The notes under the pieces are model-generated. The model saw only the letters and a list, made by a program, of their open reading frames with translations, ran no database searches and was not told the origin of the DNA. From assembly GCA_963663895.2 (NCBI GenBank), contig CAXXRD010000002.1:192001-256000 (forward strand): a stretch of 64,000 nucleotides of DNA, written 5' to 3'. Positions 61,807 through 64,000 of the stretch are shown one piece after another. The first letter of the stretch is position 1, and every line of letters starts with the position of its first letter. The position numbers were made by a program, and so were the translations under genes. The DNA is from Dehalococcoidia bacterium. GTDB lineage: Bacteria; Chloroflexota; Dehalococcoidia; Bin125.

Positions 61807-61898
61807 CGAACCCTCCCGATCCGTCCGACGCCCGATCCACCCAGAAAACCGTCGCCGATTCTAGGGGCCGCCCCGGCCGCGACGATAGACTGCCCGCC

Positions 61899-64000
61899 AT
61901 GCTCCGCCCCTACACCGTCCTGGATCTGTGCGACCACCGCGGCGAGCTCGCCAGCATGATTCTGGGCGACCTCGGCGCCGATGTGATCAAGATCGAGCCC
62001 CGCCAGGGCTCCGACAGCCGTCGTGTCGGTCCTTTCCTGGAAGACGCACCCGCCGCCGAGCGCTCCCTCACCTACCTCGCTTACAACCGCAACAAGCGCT
62101 CCGTCACCCTCGACCTCGACGCCCCAGCCGACCGCGCCCGTTTCCTCCAACTCGTCCGCCGCGCCGACTTCCTCTTCGAGTCCGACACCGCCAGCGCCAC
62201 GGGCCCCACGACATCCATGAATCAGCGCGGCCTCGGCTTCGATACGCTCCGCGCCGTCAACCCGCGACTCGTCTACGTCGCTATCTCCGCCTTCGGGCTG
62301 GACGGGCCCTACGCACCGCACGCCGCCAGCGACCTCACCATCGCCGCCATGGGCGGGCCCGTCTCCTTGCAAGGCGATCCCGACCGCGCTCCCATCCGTC
62401 TCTCCGTCCCCCAAGTCTGGCGCCACGCTGCCGCCGAGGCGGCGGTCGGCGCGCTCACCGCCCACGCCCGCATGCTGCGCAGCGGGCAGGCCCAGTTCGT
62501 CGACCTCTCCGCTCAATGCGCCATGGTCTGGACCATGCTCAACGCCATGGTCGCCTCCGCCATCCAAGGCTTCGACTTCGAGCGCCGCGGATCCCTCCTC
62601 CAGCTCGGCGTGCTTACCTACCCGCTCGTCCACGAGTGCGCCGACGGTCACGTCGTCGCCCGCCCCGACGGCTCCGTCATGATCGGCGTTGTCGCCTCGC
62701 TCGTGGCGGAGGGCATCGTCCCCGTGCAGTGGATCGAAGAGGACTGGGCCACCTACGACAAGCGCGTACTAGACGGGGACCCCGTCCGCTACACCAGGAC
62801 CGCCGTGCTAAAGGCCCTGCGACGCTTCATGCGACGCCATACCAAGGCCGATCTCTTCGACCTCAGCCTGCGGGAGGGCGTCACCTTCGCCCCCGTCAAC
62901 ACCGTCGCCGACGCCGTCGACTTCCCCCAACTACGGGCGCGCGACTACTGGCTCGATGCCCCCTTGCCCAACGGACGAACCGCTCCCGTCCCCGGCCCCT
63001 TCGTCCGACCCTCCAAGACGCCTACCTCCGTCCGCCGCTGGGCCCCTTCCCTCGGTCAGCACAACGACGAAGTCCTTTCAGAAATGGCGGTGGTTAACGA
63101 CAGCCCCCCACCTGCACCCGATACGCCGCCCACCCCCCTCCCCACAAAGCCCTTCAGTGGACTAAAGGTTGTCGACCTCTCCTGGATCGGCGTCGGTCCC
63201 ATCACCGCCAAGCACCTCGCCGACCACGGCGCCACCGTCGTCCACGTTGAAACCGCAGACCCCCCAGACCGTCTCCGCCTCGGCGGCCCCTTCAAGGACG
63301 ACCGGCCCGGCCTCAACCGGTCCCAGTTCTTCGGCGACTTCAACACCTCCAAACTCGGCCTCGCCCTCGATCTCAAGAACCCAACCGCGCTCGGCGTCGC
63401 CAAACGTCTGATCGCTTGGGCCGACGTGTACCTCGAGAGCTTCACGCCCGGCACCGTCGACGACCTTGGCCTCGGCTACCCAGTCGCCCATGAGCTCAAC
63501 CCCTCCGTCCTCATGGTGAGCACTTGCCTCATGGGCCAAACCGGTCCCGCCGCCCGCTACGCCGGCTACGGCTTCCACGCCGGCGCCGTCGCGGGCTTCT
63601 ACGAGGTCGCCGGCTGGCCCGACCGTCCTCCCAACGGTCCATGGATCGCCTACACGGACACTATCGCCCCGCGCCTCCTCGTCACGACCATCATGGCTGC
63701 TCTCGACCATCGACGCCGAACCGGCGAAGGCCAGCACATCGACGCCGCCCAGCTGGAGATGGGCCTTCACTTCCTCACTCCCGAGCTCCTCGACTTCCAC
63801 GTCAACGGCCGCGTCGCCACACGCAACGGCAACCGCGCCCCCGACATGGCGCCGCACGGCGTTTACCCATGCGCAGGGGACGACCAGTGGTGCGCCATCG
63901 CCGTCGCCAACGACGCCCGCTGGCACGCCCTCCGCACCGCCCTCGGCGACCCCCCCTGGGCCGCCGATGCCTTGTACGAAACCCTTGCGGGCCGCCTCGC
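61899..64000 (+). CDS. Fused two-domain family III CoA-transferase (runs off the window)
   Basis: Domain 1 LGDLGADVIKIEP..NRNKRS..PSLGQHN; in-frame domain 2 from 63147, PFSGLKVVDLSW..LADHGA. Confidence 0.88.
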   Translation, partial: MLRPYTVLDLCDHRGELASMILGDLGADVIKIEPRQGSDSRRVGPFLEDAPAAERSLTYLAYNRNKRSVTLDLDAPADRARFLQLVRRADFLFESDTASATGPTTSMNQRGLGFDTLRAVNPRLVYVAISAFGLDGPYAPHAASDLTIAAMGGPVSLQGDPDRAPIRLSVPQVWRHAAAEAAVGALTAHARMLRSGQAQFVDLSAQCAMVWTMLNAMVASAIQGFDFERRGSLLQLGVLTYPLVHECADGHVVARPDGSVMIGVVASLVAEGIVPVQWIEEDWATYDKRVLDGDPVRYTRTAVLKALRRFMRRHTKADLFDLSLREGVTFAPVNTVADAVDFPQLRARDYWLDAPLPNGRTAPVPGPFVRPSKTPTSVRRWAPSLGQHNDEVLSEMAVVNDSPPPAPDTPPTPLPTKPFSGLKVVDLSWIGVGPITAKHLADHGATVVHVETADPPDRLRLGGPFKDDRPGLNRSQFFGDFNTSKLGLALDLKNPTALGVAKRLIAWADVYLESFTPGTVDDLGLGYPVAHELNPSVLMVSTCLMGQTGPAARYAGYGFHAGAVAGFYEVAGWPDRPPNGPWIAYTDTIAPRLLVTTIMAALDHRRRTGEGQHIDAAQLEMGLHFLTPELLDFHVNGRVATRNGNRAPDMAPHGVYPCAGDDQWCAIAVANDARWHALRTALGDPPWAADALYETLAGRL

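Noticed and set aside
1-64000. CRISPR array, rRNA or intact transposase/integrase
   Set aside because: No regularly spaced repeat-spacer run, no rRNA-like segment and no intact recombinase ORF were seen

Overview
High-GC bacterial window. Gene content (fused family III CoA-transferase, LLM monooxygenase, TupABC, gene order rpmB-fakA-degV-recG) suggests Chloroflexota/Dehalococcoidia; this is inference. About 1-36.5 kb is housekeeping: probable groL 3' end, tupABC, argC-J-B-D-G-x-H, rpe, rpmB, fakA/degV, recG, argS, trpS, gatCA, a class A PBP and a molybdopterin oxidoreductase. A dense patch of frameshifts at ~22-27.7 kb is probably sequencing error. tRNA-Gly(CCC) at 36513-36587 is the insertion site of a ~17.2 kb decaying genomic island. 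The island is closed by a 42/46-nt copy of the tRNA 3' half at 53740-53785. It carries hicAB, a full-length degenerate tRNA, a dead tyrosine integrase fragment and mrr. The highlight is an intact, more AT-rich CBASS-like anti-phage module inside the island. It consists of a cGAS/DncV-like nucleotidyltransferase ending ...RAYGG-DRLGAC, a stand-alone E2-like protein (no E1 or JAB), and a small membrane protein with no recognisable nucleotide sensor. It is transcribed divergently from a CapH/CapP-like HTH plus HExxH peptidase pair. Beyond attR lie more island-like debris, a LysM surface protein and catabolic genes. All calls come from reading motifs by eye; no searches were run.
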